64,000 bases of DNA, taken from the NCBI GenBank assembly GCA_905178155.1, contig CAJINV010000009.1:3658529-3722528 (forward strand), written 5' to 3'. The stretch is from Amoebophrya sp. A120 (lineage: Eukaryota > Protista > Dinoflagellata). The translations under genes and the position numbers were made by a program. Numbering within the stretch: position 1 is the stretch's first letter; each line of letters begins with the position of its first letter. The notes below the pieces were generated by a model, which was given only the letters and a program-made list of their open reading frames with translations, searched no databases and had not been told where the DNA came from. Below, one piece after another: positions 12,916 to 26,500 of the stretch.

Positions 12916-13542
12916 ATGAAGTTGATGCGCGGTGCTCTCAACCGGGGGAGCACGGGGACGCCGGCGGGCGCTCAGCGAGGAGGTTTCTCTTCGCATGGAA
13001 CCCCCGCGGACGATGATCCGCCAGCCGCGAATTCCTACTATAAACACGACGACCAAGACCACATGTTCGGCGACAGAACTTCGTCCTCGCAGCCGAAACC
13101 GCACAAGCCGCGGCGGTCTGCGAAGAAATTTTTTTCCAAATTTTTTCAGTTTGACTCCTGGTTTTCCGCCAGCGCCTTCGGGGGCCGGAAGAGGGGAAAA
13201 ACATCGAAAACCAGGGCTGATAGTCACTCCGGACGAACGGGGCCCCTTTCGGGCACTAGCGACAGAAACGAGAGTGGAAATCACGGTGATTTATTTTATC
13301 GGGCTGCAGAAGAAAATCAAAATACCAGAGAAGATGAAGATTATCACTTCGACCTGTTTGATGGGAGACTGCCGGTCGACGCGGTGGTGCAGATCGATAA
13401 TCCAGTTTTGCGGGAGCAGATGGAAGATCTGTTGCGACGGATGGAATGGGAAAGGCAGCGGGAGTTGGAAGAAGAGGTCATGCTGTCTTCCTCTGACAGT
13501 GAAGAAGATAGTGAAGATGGTACCGGATCCAGAGAAGATTAG
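12916..13542 (+). CDS. Hypothetical protein
   Basis: 208-aa uninterrupted ORF with ATG start and acidic C-terminus. Confidence 0.5.
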   Translation: MKLMRGALNRGSTGTPAGAQRGGFSSHGTPADDDPPAANSYYKHDDQDHMFGDRTSSSQPKPHKPRRSAKKFFSKFFQFDSWFSASAFGGRKRGKTSKTRADSHSGRTGPLSGTSDRNESGNHGDLFYRAAEENQNTREDEDYHFDLFDGRLPVDAVVQIDNPVLREQMEDLLRRMEWERQRELEEEVMLSSSDSEEDSEDGTGSRED

Positions 13543-14598
13543 GATAGCACTTCGTATACTGCTGGGCACGACAAAAGCAGCCAGAATTTTTGATCTCCCT
13601 TTTCTTGAGTAGAGCCATTCACGATATTAGAGGACCTTGATGCGCCACCAGCACGGTTGCTCTCACGTCCATGACGCAAAAAGAAAAGAAGTAACAAACA
13701 AACAACCCTGCGTAGAGGTGGAAGTACATCAAAATGAGGTTAGAGGTACCCGTGGTGTCGTGGTGCCTCACGGGGAGCTTCTTTTTCCCTGCTCGGCGGC
13801 GGAGATATTAGAGCGACTCACTTCAGCAAGGTGTGCTGCGAGGCATAACACGTTCTCACTTTAAAGTAGACCATCGTCTTGCTTGATTCTCAGGTTGCTT
13901 CAGAAGCGACAGAACCAAAAAAACTGCTGCAAGAGTGCAAGAGGAAGAGCGAGGATGATTAACAGATTGATGTCGAGTGTTGACTATGCGTGATTATTAT
14001 CCTGAGTGCCGCAAAATTTTTAGTGAAAGTGAAACAAACCATCTCGCTGGTATCAAAGTGCGTCGAGGATATCACAGAGAGAGTGAGAGTGATTTGCTTT
14101 TCCATCGGAACAAAAATCCGCAGTGAGTTTCAGCTTGCAGCTCCTATGTGGCGCTCCCTGTCCCTTTCATCTCCCATCTATTTTTGTGATTGCGCGTAAG
14201 TAGTTTCGTACGCGACAAAAAACGCGCATCCAGCTTCTAGTACTAGATGCTTTATTCTTTGTTGAATTTATTGCACGCAGACGGGCGTAGTTCGTAAATT
14301 TGAATTTCTACACGTCGACTTCGAGAACTTTCATTCGATCTTGTCCTTTCATTGATTTTGCCAATACAATTTTTGAGTACAACCCGTAAACAAAGTCAAA
14401 GATGGCAGACCACGAGGACAGCAGTGAAAATCAGATGGTCATCCCGAAGCGTGTCGGAATCGAAGGCATGGGTAGTTAAGGGCGAGGTTCTCCTCCTTGT
14501 TGCTGAAAACCACTCACCGTCTTCTGTAGACATTGCAGCAACTGACGCTGTGAAACAAATCAAAGAAGAAACCAGACGAGGACGTCTGTGCATCGAAG

Positions 14599-17500
14599 AT
14601 GGAAGAAGTAGACGGCGCTGCTAGCAGTGGAACGTCGTCGAGGCGAGGAAGAGGTTGGGTATGTACAAGAACTACTTCGACTTCCGAACCTTTACGGGTC
14701 GGAGAAGGCGCGGCGGCCGCAATGAGGAGCTGCAGCTGCCCGAGTAGACACAACAAAGTTTTTCACCGGGGGAGAAGAATGAGAATGAAGACATCGCCCG
14801 AAAGTAGACTGCATGGAAACGACAACTACTCCCCCGCCCCCGTGACCGTGAGGGGATTTTCAACATTACTAACTGCAACTTTGAGCAGCTGTTTGGCGAA
14901 TTCCACCTTAGCGTCGGCACTGCTGTGGTGGAAAAAGAGGAGGAGAAAAATAAAAACAGCAAATAGAGGCGGAGGCGGAGCCGCGGTTCCCGCTCCGCCG
15001 AAAATACAAGCAAAGCCCATGATTCTACACGATCGACATCACTCCTGGAGGTTTGTTTCAAGAACTACATACCAGCAGTTTCTCCACTTTCTCCTCTGTT
15101 CCTGCCTGTCAGCTAGCACCAGGCTGATCTACATCTACTTACTTCTGCACCACCCCGCTTCAATATTCCTCTTCCCCACGACCCCCGTCAACGCCCAAAT
15201 GACCAAACCGCCGACCACGTCAACGTTAGCGCTTTCCAACGGAGTAACCATCTACCACCCGATTCTGCAGACCAACCAGACGCGGTGTTGGCCGCTGAAA
15301 CGGAGCTTGTGCGACACCTACCGCCACGGCAACCCCTGGAGCTACGGGGAGTTTCTGAACACCTCAGAGTGGCTGCCCCACCGGCCGGTAAAATCGGTGC
15401 AACGCTTCGTGGGGCTGAAAACCAACCTGCCGCAACTGGCCTCGACCGTGTCCGTCTCGAGCAGCACGGTCGCGTATGGGGTTCTCAAACGTTAATACAT
15501 TCCCAACTGTTACATGATTTTGTCATGCAGAAGCACTATCATCATCCTCAAGATCAAGCTGCTCCGCATGATAAATTTGCGAAGGGCCAAACCTCACCTA
15601 AGTAATGTGCCAAATCTGTCATGCAAAAGGCGCAACCTTCCCCCTTTCAGTTTTGCCATTCTTGCATCACAACAGTTGAGAATGTAGCAGTTGAGAACGC
15701 CATATCGCAAAGGACGGGCTTTTCGTCGATGCCAGCCACTCGCTGGGAAGCAACGGCGACATCTACGGCGACCCAGCACCCGTGGCTTTTGGGACCGCGA
15801 TAGAATACCAGCAGTGTATGCATCGCGAATGTAGTATCGTGGTGTTTGTCGTACTAATCACAGTCGTGCTTGACAGATCTAGTATTGCGCCACGACCTGT
15901 AGGGAAATCAGCATATACAAATTGCATCTCTTCTTTTGGGAGAATTTGTTTTGCGAGTTAGACAAGTAGGGCGATATTTGTTTTGCAATGCATAGAATAC
16001 ACAGCCCAACAGTACTTGTTTACGTACCTCAACTCGTTTCCGGTCCTGAACAATGTGAAAGACGGTGAGCTGCAGAAGGTCGGCGCCGCCGGCACCGGTG
16101 CGGAGTGTTTCGGCGTCATGTGCCTGCTATGCATTCTTGCAACAGCATCGCACTAGTAGTGATCGCATTACAAATGAAGTAGCTCAGCATGATGACAAAT
16201 CGAATTTGTGATGCTGATTCACCTTGAGCAAAAGATTTGTCATGCATAAACCGCAATGACTACGGTACGAGTGCGATACTTTTGCACCCGATACCTGCTC
16301 GTCGAGATGTCTACTGCCGCGACAAACGCCGCCAACGCGCTTGGCTATCGATTGCAAATATGTCTGGGTCTGGAAGGTTTGAACTTGTAATGCTGGTCTT
16401 GCATTCCTGTGAAATCTGCGCTGCATGACCTAGAAAACAAGTTGCAGGAGCCTCTTGTGTCATACAAAAACGCAGTTTCTCATGCGGACTGCCTATAAGA
16501 AAGCGCTCTGGAGGAAAGTTGTCATGCTGGGCTGCGTTCGAAAGTGTTTCCATCGTCCACATTTTAGCATCACAAGTTTCCAGACCCAGATGACATTTTT
16601 GCATTTGATATCGGCACGGCATCCACCACCACCGGACAGACGATGCTGTACCTGAACGCCTTGCCGCTATCGCAACTGTATCCCGTGCAAACGGATTGGT
16701 GTATTTGGCGTAGCAATTGCTATTGCAATTTTATGCATGACAAACTCAAACGACCCACGAGGACTTCGACTTTCTTACCACAATCGCCATTCGTGGTCTC
16801 TTATGAGAAAGTTTCAGGTCGTTGTGTACGCAATTGCTACGAGGAGAATGAATCTCAATCTTACAATGCATAAACTTCTCGCGATGTCCGGAGGGGCGGC
16901 CACCTCTTCTGGAGGAAACAACGCCACGACTGGGGATAGCACCGGAGCGGGAACCTCGGCAACGCATGCCGCACCGGAGGTGTTCGAAAAGACATCCCTC
17001 TCCCTCTCGTCGGTGGTGCACAGAAGGTTAAACCAGGACTGCATTTTATGCAGTGTTACAATTGCTTTTGCCTCCCCACCCCGCCGCGGCTCGAGTTTGT
17101 TTGTCATGTAAATTAAACCGATTTGTAAATGAACATGAAGATCATGGTCCACAACTGCCTCTACCGTTGGTGCCACGGACTCATGGACTTTCACCTACAA
17201 AATCCGAGTTGCTCTTGAGGCTCTCTCTCTGTCTACTGATGCTGTTTATGCAAGACGAAGACAACTTTTTCAGTTTTATGATCTTCATCAGCTGCAGCCC
17301 CCGGGAACTGGTGGGGCATACTAATTTCCGTTGCATACTCTCCCGGTGTTACGGGTGTGCTTCTGGAGTTTCCGGTGCCCGACAAAGACACGCGGTTTGA
17401 AATCTACTGGGGTGATGGGCGATTGCTGCTGCCGTTTGACCGAAACCTGCAAAAGGTTCCAAACCTTGGCTTAGCGGACAATCCCCTGACAGCGTGCCAT

Positions 17501-20500
17501 ATGCACTGCAAAAGACAAAGAGTAGCTCTACTGAGTTGTTGTACTGTGTCTGTGCGCAACACGACGCAATATCAAACAGCACGACGACGTGCATGAGAAA
17601 CTGAATCAAGAAGGATCCGAGTAGTAGAGGAGGTTCCGAGATCGCCGAAAAAGATATTTAAGAAGGAGCATTGATGTCTTATGGTGCGCAAAACCTCGAA
17701 CGCGAGTGCTCTTTTTGCAGTGCATAGACCATCCGAATATCGAGATGATCGTACGGGAAACCGACCCAAACGCCGATCGATATGGAGTTCTCAAATGTTA
17801 CACTCTCAACTGTTACGCGAATTTGTATATGCAAGAACGGCAAAGGTGAAAGGGGGAAGATTGCTCCTTTTGCATTACAAATTCCGCACAGATTTACATG
17901 CTGTTTAGCCCTCCGGGGATTTGTCATGCGTAGCCGCTTGATCATCTGTTCTGGCGGCGTAAGGTACTTTTGCATGACAAAGTCATGTAACAGTTGAGAA
18001 TGTAACAGTTGAGATCGCCATAGTCGAATCATTCCGCAGAATCTACCGACGTTCGACATAGGACCCATGGAGTACTGCACGCATGAGAAGGTAGTGCAGA
18101 AGTGTTTGGATATTTTACACGATATTGTGCTGCAACAAAATTTTAATTATGAAGTGTGCTCCTGTGTGCTACCCATACCCTCTTGTTCTTCTTCGTTATG
18201 CAGAAATGCTTCTCCGTAGTTCTGACGTGATTTAGTATACTTGACATTCACAGCTCATGCTCAAGTCAACTTCAGCACTGACATAAAAAAACAGGCCATG
18301 CAGCAGTGTTGCTGGATAGAGTGCGGTTACTACATAATGGATTCCCGGAGTAATCCGCCAAACGGGCCGCTCTGCTGGTTTGCTTTGGAATACGGAGAGT
18401 TGCCACTGGGCACGTCTTATGCATTGCAAATGTTGCTGGTTCTGGAAGAGTCAGACTCAGAGTTTCAGTTTATCATGCTAGAATTTCTGGGTGACACAAA
18501 AATCTGTAGTGCGTGAGCAGCAGAAGCCGCCCATTCTTGGGCACCCGAAGGAGGCATTTGTCGTGCAGGATAGGAGGCATTCCAGAGTCTTGACCTTCTC
18601 AACAAAGCGTGTGACACTACAGCTCAGACGTTCTGGGCCATGCGACGAGACCTGCATGACAAACCTTGCAATCTTGGAGAGCCAGAAATATTTGCTCTTG
18701 ACACGTCTAAAACACCGGAATACACCGTGTGGCGGGTGCAGTATGAATTGCAAATATATCGTATTTGCTAGGAGTAATTGCATCACTACAAATTATTTGC
18801 TTAGCATGACGGGAAGGGAATTTGTAATGCGGATGTAGCTTAACGAAGATGTTTGTCATGCTTAAGTGCAAAAATTACTACGATAATACGATATTTTTGC
18901 AACGCATATTGAGCGCGTGTCGGCGAAGGTCCGCGAGGACACCATCAATGACGAAATGGAAAACCCGACCGGAATGCTCAGTTTCGGGGGGATCGTCCAG
19001 GACTCTCTCGACTCCATTGACTTGGAAGCCGACTATATCGCAAGAAAAAACTGTTTCAATATGAACTTGTGATGCAGAAAATGCAACACAGAACTACTTG
19101 TCTTGCTACACGACCTGCAAGACACTGGATTTTCAAGCGTGTTTTCGATTAGGAAGCGCGCATGACAAATTTTCAGTGTCGTGTGTGACAAACTTGTGAT
19201 GCAGATCTTGCAAAATCATCACAGTGAAGCAGTTTTTTCGTGGGATAGACTACCCAAAACAGCGGCTCCATGCGGGCGTCGCGAAGACCTACCAACCCTG
19301 CGCCTACTGTTCGGTGCGACAAGAAAGCGTGAACAGCCCGCGCGGGATTCAGGAGTTGCATGCGGGGAAACGGTCACCGATGGGGGATTACAACGAGGAG
19401 ACGGGTAAGATGAGCGTGAAAATCGTTTGGGAACCCCACGTGATCGAGCCGTTGTTGCAGTTGGGCGGTTTTCCCACCTTCGACCACTGGGTCCAATCCG
19501 GAAACGGGTCGAGCGTATCAAATGTAAAAGTGTCTGGGTCTCCTGGAAGAATGCCAAACTTGTAATGCAGGTTTTCCATGACCCATGAGGTCTGGTATGT
19601 AGGACATAGCATGACAGATTCTGCGTTAGTTCTATCATGCCTGTCCTGCATGAGAAACTGCCTCTCGATGAGGTCAAAAGTGGACAGCTTTTGGTAATCA
19701 TGCAGCACAAATTTTTGCATGACTCAGATTTAGCATGACAAGTTGCAATCTTCATCCAGACCCAGACACATTTGCAATCCATAGAGCGGCTATCTGTACA
19801 ACCTGGAACAAATCCCCCTGCTTATCCTAAGCAAAAACGTCCCCACGACCCCATAGTCCATTTGCGAATCTAGCAACACAAATCTCCAAGTTTTCGGAGC
19901 TGTGCATGACAAGCTTCCCCGTGCATTGTAGTGCTGGTTAGCAAGGGAAGTCGCATGAGAAAGCCATTCTCTCATCCTGTTTACAGCAGTACAAACTCCA
20001 AAACGCGACTGGTTGGTAATGCCTCTCGTGGATCTGCGCATTGCAAATATTCCTGTCATGGCGCATTTGCATGACAACCCTGGGGTGGGGACGTTTTTAC
20101 TTGGGATACTGCTTACAGAGCAGGAGGCAAACAACCTGACGAACCGGGACCAAGTGATGCGCACGCAGATTCAGTTTATGCATTGCAAATATGTCTGGGT
20201 CTGGAAACTTGTGATGCTGGATGGCGTATCATGAGGAGGCCACAAATGCTGGCTAAGCATGACAAGTTTCTGAGCTCCTTCTAGGTGTTGCCTATTCTGC
20301 GTCACAAACTGCGTTTCTGCATGACAGAAAAATAGAGCTCTTGGGTAACGTGCGTGACAGATTTAAGAGCCATGCCAGACAAGCATGGCAAACAGACTGA
20401 CAACATATTTGCACTTGATTCAGTTCAACAACCTACAAAAACCGGGGTTGCGGCTCTTTGTCCGGGTCTACGAGCAGCGGACCACCTCGGACTCCGACTT

Positions 20501-22154
20501 TTGGAAGGTGAATATCAAACAAAAAAGTGTATAACGTTAACGGTTTTCACTGATGGCAGTCATGCATTACAAATTTTGCCTTCCATGCATGCTATGCAAT
20601 ACAAATTTGCGCACCTCCTTTTCTGATGGATCACTGCATCACAAATTCCGTTAACGTTAACACTTTTTCCTGTGATAGTGAACCACACGGATGCGGTCAG
20701 TTTCAAGGACGACCATACGCTTCGCAAAAGTATCGTACTCGTATGAATGCATCACAAATTTCCTCAGCATGAGAAATGCTACAAATAAAATCTGCAATGC
20801 GGAATTACCTTAAGGACAGGATTTGTAATGCATGGTTGCAATGCGAGTGCGAGACTTTTGCACACGATAGACCAGAAGGTGGAGCAAGGCTGGACCGCGA
20901 ACCGAAAAGCAAACGGAGACCTGGTGAATTGGATCGACAAGGGGGTTTTTCCGGGGTATTTATGGATTGCAAATATGTCTGGGTCTGGAAACTTGTAATG
21001 CTAAAAGTGAATGATAGACGCACTGCAATACGCAGCTATGCAGGTGGACAAATCTGCTGCTGGCTGCCATGTCTTACGTATTCCGCATGGCGAACTGCGT
21101 GTTAGTTTGTATGACACGTAAGGGGGCCTTTTCGTGCCTATGCAACACAGATTCTCGAGTAATGCCAGAAACGCATGACAAACTTGCACTCTTCCAGACG
21201 CAGACATTATTGCATTCGATAGTATTTTCTGGAGTCCAAGTTTCAGGAATCGGCGGAGTACTACCCAGTGAACCCTTTTTTCGACCCCGAGAATCCGTTA
21301 TGATAGTGGACATAGGTCTTCTTGCTCTGCAGGAGGCAGATTCTGCATGGATGGAAAGATGCACGAATAAACTACCGGACTTCATCATCGGCAAATCCAA
21401 ATATGCGCAGCTGTTTGAGCTATTCATGCGGACGATGAACTTGCCATGCAAAGAACTTCACGGACGAACAAAGCGCAACGAGCACGAGCAGTATTCTGCA
21501 TTTTGCATTGCAAATGGTTGTCCACTAGCATATGGTTCGAAAAACTGGAACTGCTACGCGGGGCGATCCGTGCCGGTGCCGGACCTCATCCCCTGGACTA
21601 TGAGGGTGCACAACTTCCCGTCCTTCTCATTTGTAGTTGTACTGCAGCAAGGTATTCAATGCACAGTTTACGACGTTTGCGTTTGCCTCTATGCACGGTT
21701 TTCATGACACATTTTGGAGCATCAAACAGTACTGCAGTACGTGTTCAGATTTGATGTCGCGAAGATGAAGCCACATTTCCGGCGTTGCGTGTGCTGCTGC
21801 TCATGCCATTCAAATGCGCGGGAGGGGGGTTGTGCGCCGTTATATGGAGCCGAGCGAATGCGGAGCTGTTTTCATATCCACAGGAAATAGTATTGCATTT
21901 TCCGTACTGCGTGTACGATTCCAAATACATGATCAAATGCGGTTCCTGCATAAAAAAGCTTCTTTCCCACGCTATTCAGCATGGCAAGCAGTATGTTTCC
22001 CTAGGTTCGTGGCGATAAAATTTGTGGTGCATTTTGTATATGACCACCAGTACTGACGGGAAATTCAAATTTGTATTGCATACTTCAGACGCGCAGCCTA
22101 GAAGAGGTGGTGGAGGTACGATACGAAATAGGTTGGGATTCCTATTTACGATAA
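14599..22154 (+). CDS. Large unknown Cys-containing protein, about 19 TIR-introns and 1 GT-AG intron (start and last exon uncertain)
   Basis: Exons join in frame under the element+5 rule, e.g. VAKDGLFVDASH, AECFGVMCLLVEMST, VLLEFPVPDKDTRFEIYWGDG, EKAMQQCCWIECGYY, DYPKQRLHAG, KNWNCYAGRSVPVPDLIPW. Confidence 0.65.
15475..15704. mobile_element. TIR-intron family E
   Basis: GTTCTCAA..CAACTGTTAC TIR; DR TCGCG/TCGCA. Confidence 0.85.
15817..15994. mobile_element. Degenerate TIR-intron (A-like)
   Basis: flanks CAGTG/GAATA; +5 in frame. Confidence 0.7.
16128..16293. mobile_element. TIR-intron family A
   Basis: DR CCTGC. Confidence 0.85.
16346..16610. mobile_element. TIR-intron family B (inverted relative of 8701)
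   Basis: DR TTGGC/TCGGC. Confidence 0.9.
16679..16872. mobile_element. Degenerate TIR-intron
   Basis: DR AACTG/AACTT. Confidence 0.7.
17047..17337. mobile_element. Degenerate TIR-intron
   Basis: flanks CATTT/CTCTC; +5 in frame. Confidence 0.6.
17500..17726. mobile_element. TIR-intron
   Basis: TATGCACTGCAAAA TIR; flanks TGCCA/GACCA. Confidence 0.8.
17781..18022. mobile_element. TIR-intron family E
   Basis: DR ATCGA/GTCGA. Confidence 0.85.
18091..18294 (+). other. Probable canonical GT-AG intron
   Basis: AAG|gtagtg...ctgacataaaaaaacag|GCC; in-frame join HEK-AMQQCC. Confidence 0.6.
18418..18703. mobile_element. TIR-intron family B-like (ACA end)
   Basis: DR CGTCT. Confidence 0.8.
18742..18908. 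mobile_element. TIR-intron family A
   Basis: flanks TGCAG/TTGAG. Confidence 0.8.
19036..19247. mobile_element. TIR-intron family H
   Basis: DR GACTA. Confidence 0.85.
19516..19783. mobile_element. TIR-intron family B
   Basis: DR GAGCG. Confidence 0.9.
19823..20108. mobile_element. TIR-intron family G
   Basis: AAAAACGTCCCCAC TIR; DR CTGCT. Confidence 0.9.
20177..20420. mobile_element. TIR-intron family B (ATT end, eroded right TIR)
   Basis: DR CAGTT. Confidence 0.8.
20513..20677. mobile_element. TIR-intron family F
   Basis: DR GTGAA. Confidence 0.9.
20716..20869. mobile_element. TIR-intron family A (TAC start)
   Basis: DR GACCA. Confidence 0.85.
20961..21221. mobile_element. TIR-intron family B
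   Basis: DR GTATT. Confidence 0.9.
21299..21532. mobile_element. Degenerate TIR-intron
   Basis: TIR tatgatagtggaca / tgtccactagcata; flanks TCCGT/TGGTT. Confidence 0.7.
21599..22082. mobile_element. Tentative degenerate TIR-intron
   Basis: TAT..ATA with weak TIR; +5 removal gives a plausible terminal exon. Confidence 0.4.
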
Positions 22155-23529
22155 CCACGACGATCATCGCCTCCGCGATAATACCTACCAGACCTTAGTG
22201 TACTACCACAGTGCTATAGTACCAATGACTATCTACAACGAAAGGAATATACCGCGATGAAGATGAACAAGCGCTAGTAGCCCCTTGCAACATCAAGTTT
22301 TCTTTTCCCGCCAAAACTACAAAATAGAAAAGAAAAAAAATTCGCTCGCGAGCAGCGATCTGGACAGGAGCAACGCGCCGGTTGTTCTCGGCTGCACAGA
22401 CACGAAGTTTGTTGTGAGTCAGCAATCCCGTTCGGTATTTTCAATGTGATGATATTATATCGGGGGTGTGGCTCCTGTGGCCCCTCTCGGGACACGAACA
22501 GAAATAGAAATTACTATATCGGTTTTTTTCGCGACGAGAAGTAAATCGGAGTTTGTTGTCTTCTTATTTTGAAGTCTGTCGTCTGCATGGAAGCGCTAAT
22601 ATCTATTTCGGTTGCTCCTTGCTTCTTCGGGTTTCGGACTGCTCATTTTCTCGCTTTTATTTGTTGTCTGCGTGCCCGTGCTTCAACGTGTTAAGGTTAA
22701 CCTGAACACATCATCTGCAGAAGCCCTACTAGACGACAATTCCTCTTGATGTGACGGCGCTGCCGCTTGTCGTATGGTGGACGTCGTCCACCATGATCTC
22801 TAGATTGTCGAAAACCGTAATGCTTACCTGCTCCACCTCGGTTCGTGCGCGGCTATTAGAACTTCATATGAGCCCACCGTGGTTTTTTCTCGGTCTCGTA
22901 CTCGTTCCGCTCCCTGTGGTGCTTGCTCTACGGCAACTCTTCGGCTAGCTTGTAGTACTATACCCTCTTGAAAATCACTCACTGACTCCCTCGTCCACGA
23001 CTACTTCGCACTTTTGCACTGACTCGTCATCTCTGTCAGTCTGTCATAGATATTGAGATGAAAAATGTGCTGGCCAATCACACGTCAATGCTTGTCAAGA
23101 ACATTTTCTGCAAATTATCACAGCAAGAACAGCTCAGTGCTTGTGTCTCTTGTTTTTGCACCCCGATTTTTCAACTCCTGCTTTTCTACGTAAACTGTAG
23201 ATTCAAGTTGTAAGTTCCTCATTGTTGACGTCGCGCACCTTCATTCACATTCACTCGCTGATGGCAGTGGCACAAGAAGGAAGCAGACGGCAATAGTGGT
23301 GCTGCGCAGCGATTTACCACAATAAACACCAAGCAGAACAACTTTTTATCTTCTAACTTTACTCAAATTGTTGTATCACGATCAGCTACAGCTTTCAACA
23401 ACACGACCTGAAGCCGGTTACTCACTGCAACTACGACCAGCCGGCGCGTCATCACTGCGAACACCCGGACCTAGTGCTGCGTTATTCTTGTTGAGAAAAA
23501 TAAGTTCAGCAGCAACACCTCCAGAGAAC

Positions 23530-26500
23530 ATGAAAATGAAACTCCAGCGACACGACGAACAGCGTCACGCGGCTCCTCTCCCGGGAGTTGCAAGAGCAGG
23601 TCGTCTTGTTTCAGTTTCTCGTGTCGCGGTCGCCTCGCAGGTATTGATGGACCTCAGGTGGAGCCTGTTCTGCGCTGACACGATCACGTCTTTTGCCGAG
23701 GCCCGGGTGACCGAAGGAAGCACTACGGGCATCAAAACCGAGGCGACACAAATCGAACACGAAGAAAATATCAAGTGCAATAAAAATAGGTCTGGAGGGT
23801 GGTCTGGAAAAGACGAGAGTGCATTAAGATTAACCTAGAAGCTTGATGCCATACTGGGCTGGCATAGCTCTCAAGTCTGTGGCTATGCACATAATTGCTC
23901 TACTCGTCGCGACCCAAAAGGACGAGCTGCCTCGTTTTATTTCTGTCATGATCTTCATGAAGACGAAACGCAATGGCAGTTTGCGTTTGCCATGCTGAAT
24001 TTTTATACTAGACTTCTGACAGGCACAGGTACAAGTTGACTGACGAGCAACGCAAAAACGTGTCAACATGTTGCGCCGCCAAATAAAATTGAGGCGTCGT
24101 GGTTCTTGCGAAGATTTTTGTTCAACCCGTAATGTTAAAGGACAGAAGTTTTTTACTAGAGTTCCACTTCCAGGCGTATTGGTATTTGCGTTCTTCGATA
24201 GAAGAGGAACATGAAGAAGAGGAAGCGCAGCAACTCGCGGCAACATTCTTGACGACGAAGACGAAACGGACGGAAACGACCCAGACGAAGCAGGCCCAAT
24301 CGCAGCAGAAACAGGGACAAATGGTGTCGCGCCGGAGTTGGTGGAACTGGATGAATCCGATGAAATACTTCAGCAAGAAGAAGTTCAAAGACGTCGTTGG
24401 CGCCACACCTCTGGGAATGTGGGGCACGATGCGCCGAAAGTGCAAGTGTGAATCGCCGGACGTACGAACTGCAAATTATATGTCTGGGTCTGGAAAACGA
24501 AAATAAATGTGGATCCAAATAAGTTGTCATGCTGAATCTGACTCGTACGTCGAAATACCTGTGTTGCAGGACCCGCATGATCAAAAGTATACTTACTTAC
24601 CCACGACTTACCGCAACGCAAAAGGCAAGTTTGTTTCCCATGGGGAATAGGCATTAAGAAGGTCGTGCAAAGGTTGTGATGCTTCAACATCTGGGTGCAT
24701 CTGCATTCCAGACCATCATTGTGATGCACGAGATGCATGCATGACAACAAGCGGCCGCGCTCTCTTCGAGACCCAGAGATAAGTATTTGCATTTGATAGG
24801 ACGGCGACCCGTACAATGTGATCCCACTGAAGCACGAAGACCCGAATCTCGCTCGTCGTGTTGACGTTTTCGCTCTAGCGGGCGGGAACATGTTCGGAGA
24901 GAATCCTGCGTTGCAGCAGTTTGCCGAAGCGCAGAAACAAGAGCAGATTCTCACTCGTCCTGCAACAGCAACCGACAGCATGGATTCTCACGTGGACAAT
25001 GTGAATCCCAATGTGGGCAATGCTCAGTTGGTCCTTGGCGTAATGCCAAAGAAGGGCGTGTGCGACGGGGTTTGGGCCTGTGCGCTGAAGGGAACCTGTG
25101 GTAAGATGAACGGAGGGCGACTCGCACTGCATCCGACGGGAATCAGATATGGAGTTCTCAAATGTTACATTCTCAACTGTTACAGGAATTTGTAATGCAA
25201 GAACGGCGAAAGTGAAAGGGGGAAGATAGCTCCTTTTGCATTACAAAGTCCGCACAGATTTACATGCTGTTTAGCCTTCCGGGGATTTGTCACGCGTAGC
25301 CGCTTGTTTATCTACTGGCGGCTTCAGGTACTTTTGCATGACAAATCCATGCTGAGGTATGATGTACGGGTGCAGTCGGGTATGCATGACAAATCCGTGG
25401 AACAGTTGAGACTGTAACGTTTGGGAATGCCATATCAGAGCCGTTGTGTCTATCAATGACATGAAAAAGGAAGTGCCGTCGCTTCCGTGGGCGGACAAGT
25501 ATAAAGAGCAACGTGCGATGAACTGCAAGGAAGACACGGAAGTTGGCCGAATGCCACTTGCAAATGTGTACCCGGACCTCGCTGATTGGCAACAAGTGTA
25601 CCAGTGCCAACCTTCGTTTTGGGGGAAAGGACTCAGGTGGAGGTGGGACTGGAAGTGTTACGAAGAAGACCTCTGCCCCAGCACCCAAGGACCACAGCAA
25701 CAGCTGCAGGCGGCGGCGGCGACGGCGGCGGCGCCGTGGTCGATCAATCAAGAACATTCACTTTCCCACAAGCAGTTTTGTTGGACCGACCACGTTCCTC
25801 TTAACGTCGAGGCAATCGACGCTGCGGCGGAACAAATCAGAGAATTTCTCGTCGCAGGAAAAAGCACCTACGTCCACTGCAAGGCGGGCATGGCGCGGTC
25901 GGCCATGGCGGTCATCGGTTTTTTGATGAAGTACGGAAAGTGCTTCGATGAGGAACAGGGAGAGGGGGGCGCAGACCGGCCACTGCAGGTTTGAATATAG
26001 GTCTCAGCTTTCGAGCTTTCGCCTTTTCGCAACGTACTGACAAACTGTAAACTGCAGAGAGGCGACGGGCTGAAGGCCCGCGAGCTGCTAAGTTTGGCCT
26101 TTACGTTTGGCCTTTTGTAGCGTGTTGGCAGGCTGGGAGCTGCAGAGCACGCGCGGGCTGACGGCCTACAGGCTGCCCAGCTGCGCGGGCTGAGGGGCTG
26201 CGAAGTCAAGTACAAGTGTGCGCAGCTGCGCGAACTGCTTCCGCGTTCGCGGGGCACTGAGTAAAAAACCAAGGCGCGGCGCTTCGTTTTTTTGTGTTTG
26301 GGCACGGTCGCCGAACTGACTGCCCGCGGACGGTGGGGCGCTGGTGGAGTGCGCCAACTGCCTGCGCGCCTGCGTAGGCCGCGCGTGTCGGTTCCGATCG
26401 CTCGTGGGAAACAAAGAGAAAGCGTGGGGCGGTGGGGCTGCGGCCCATTGGATAGAGCGCAAGAAATTGGGGGGGGGGGGTCGGGGGGGGGGAAACGGGG

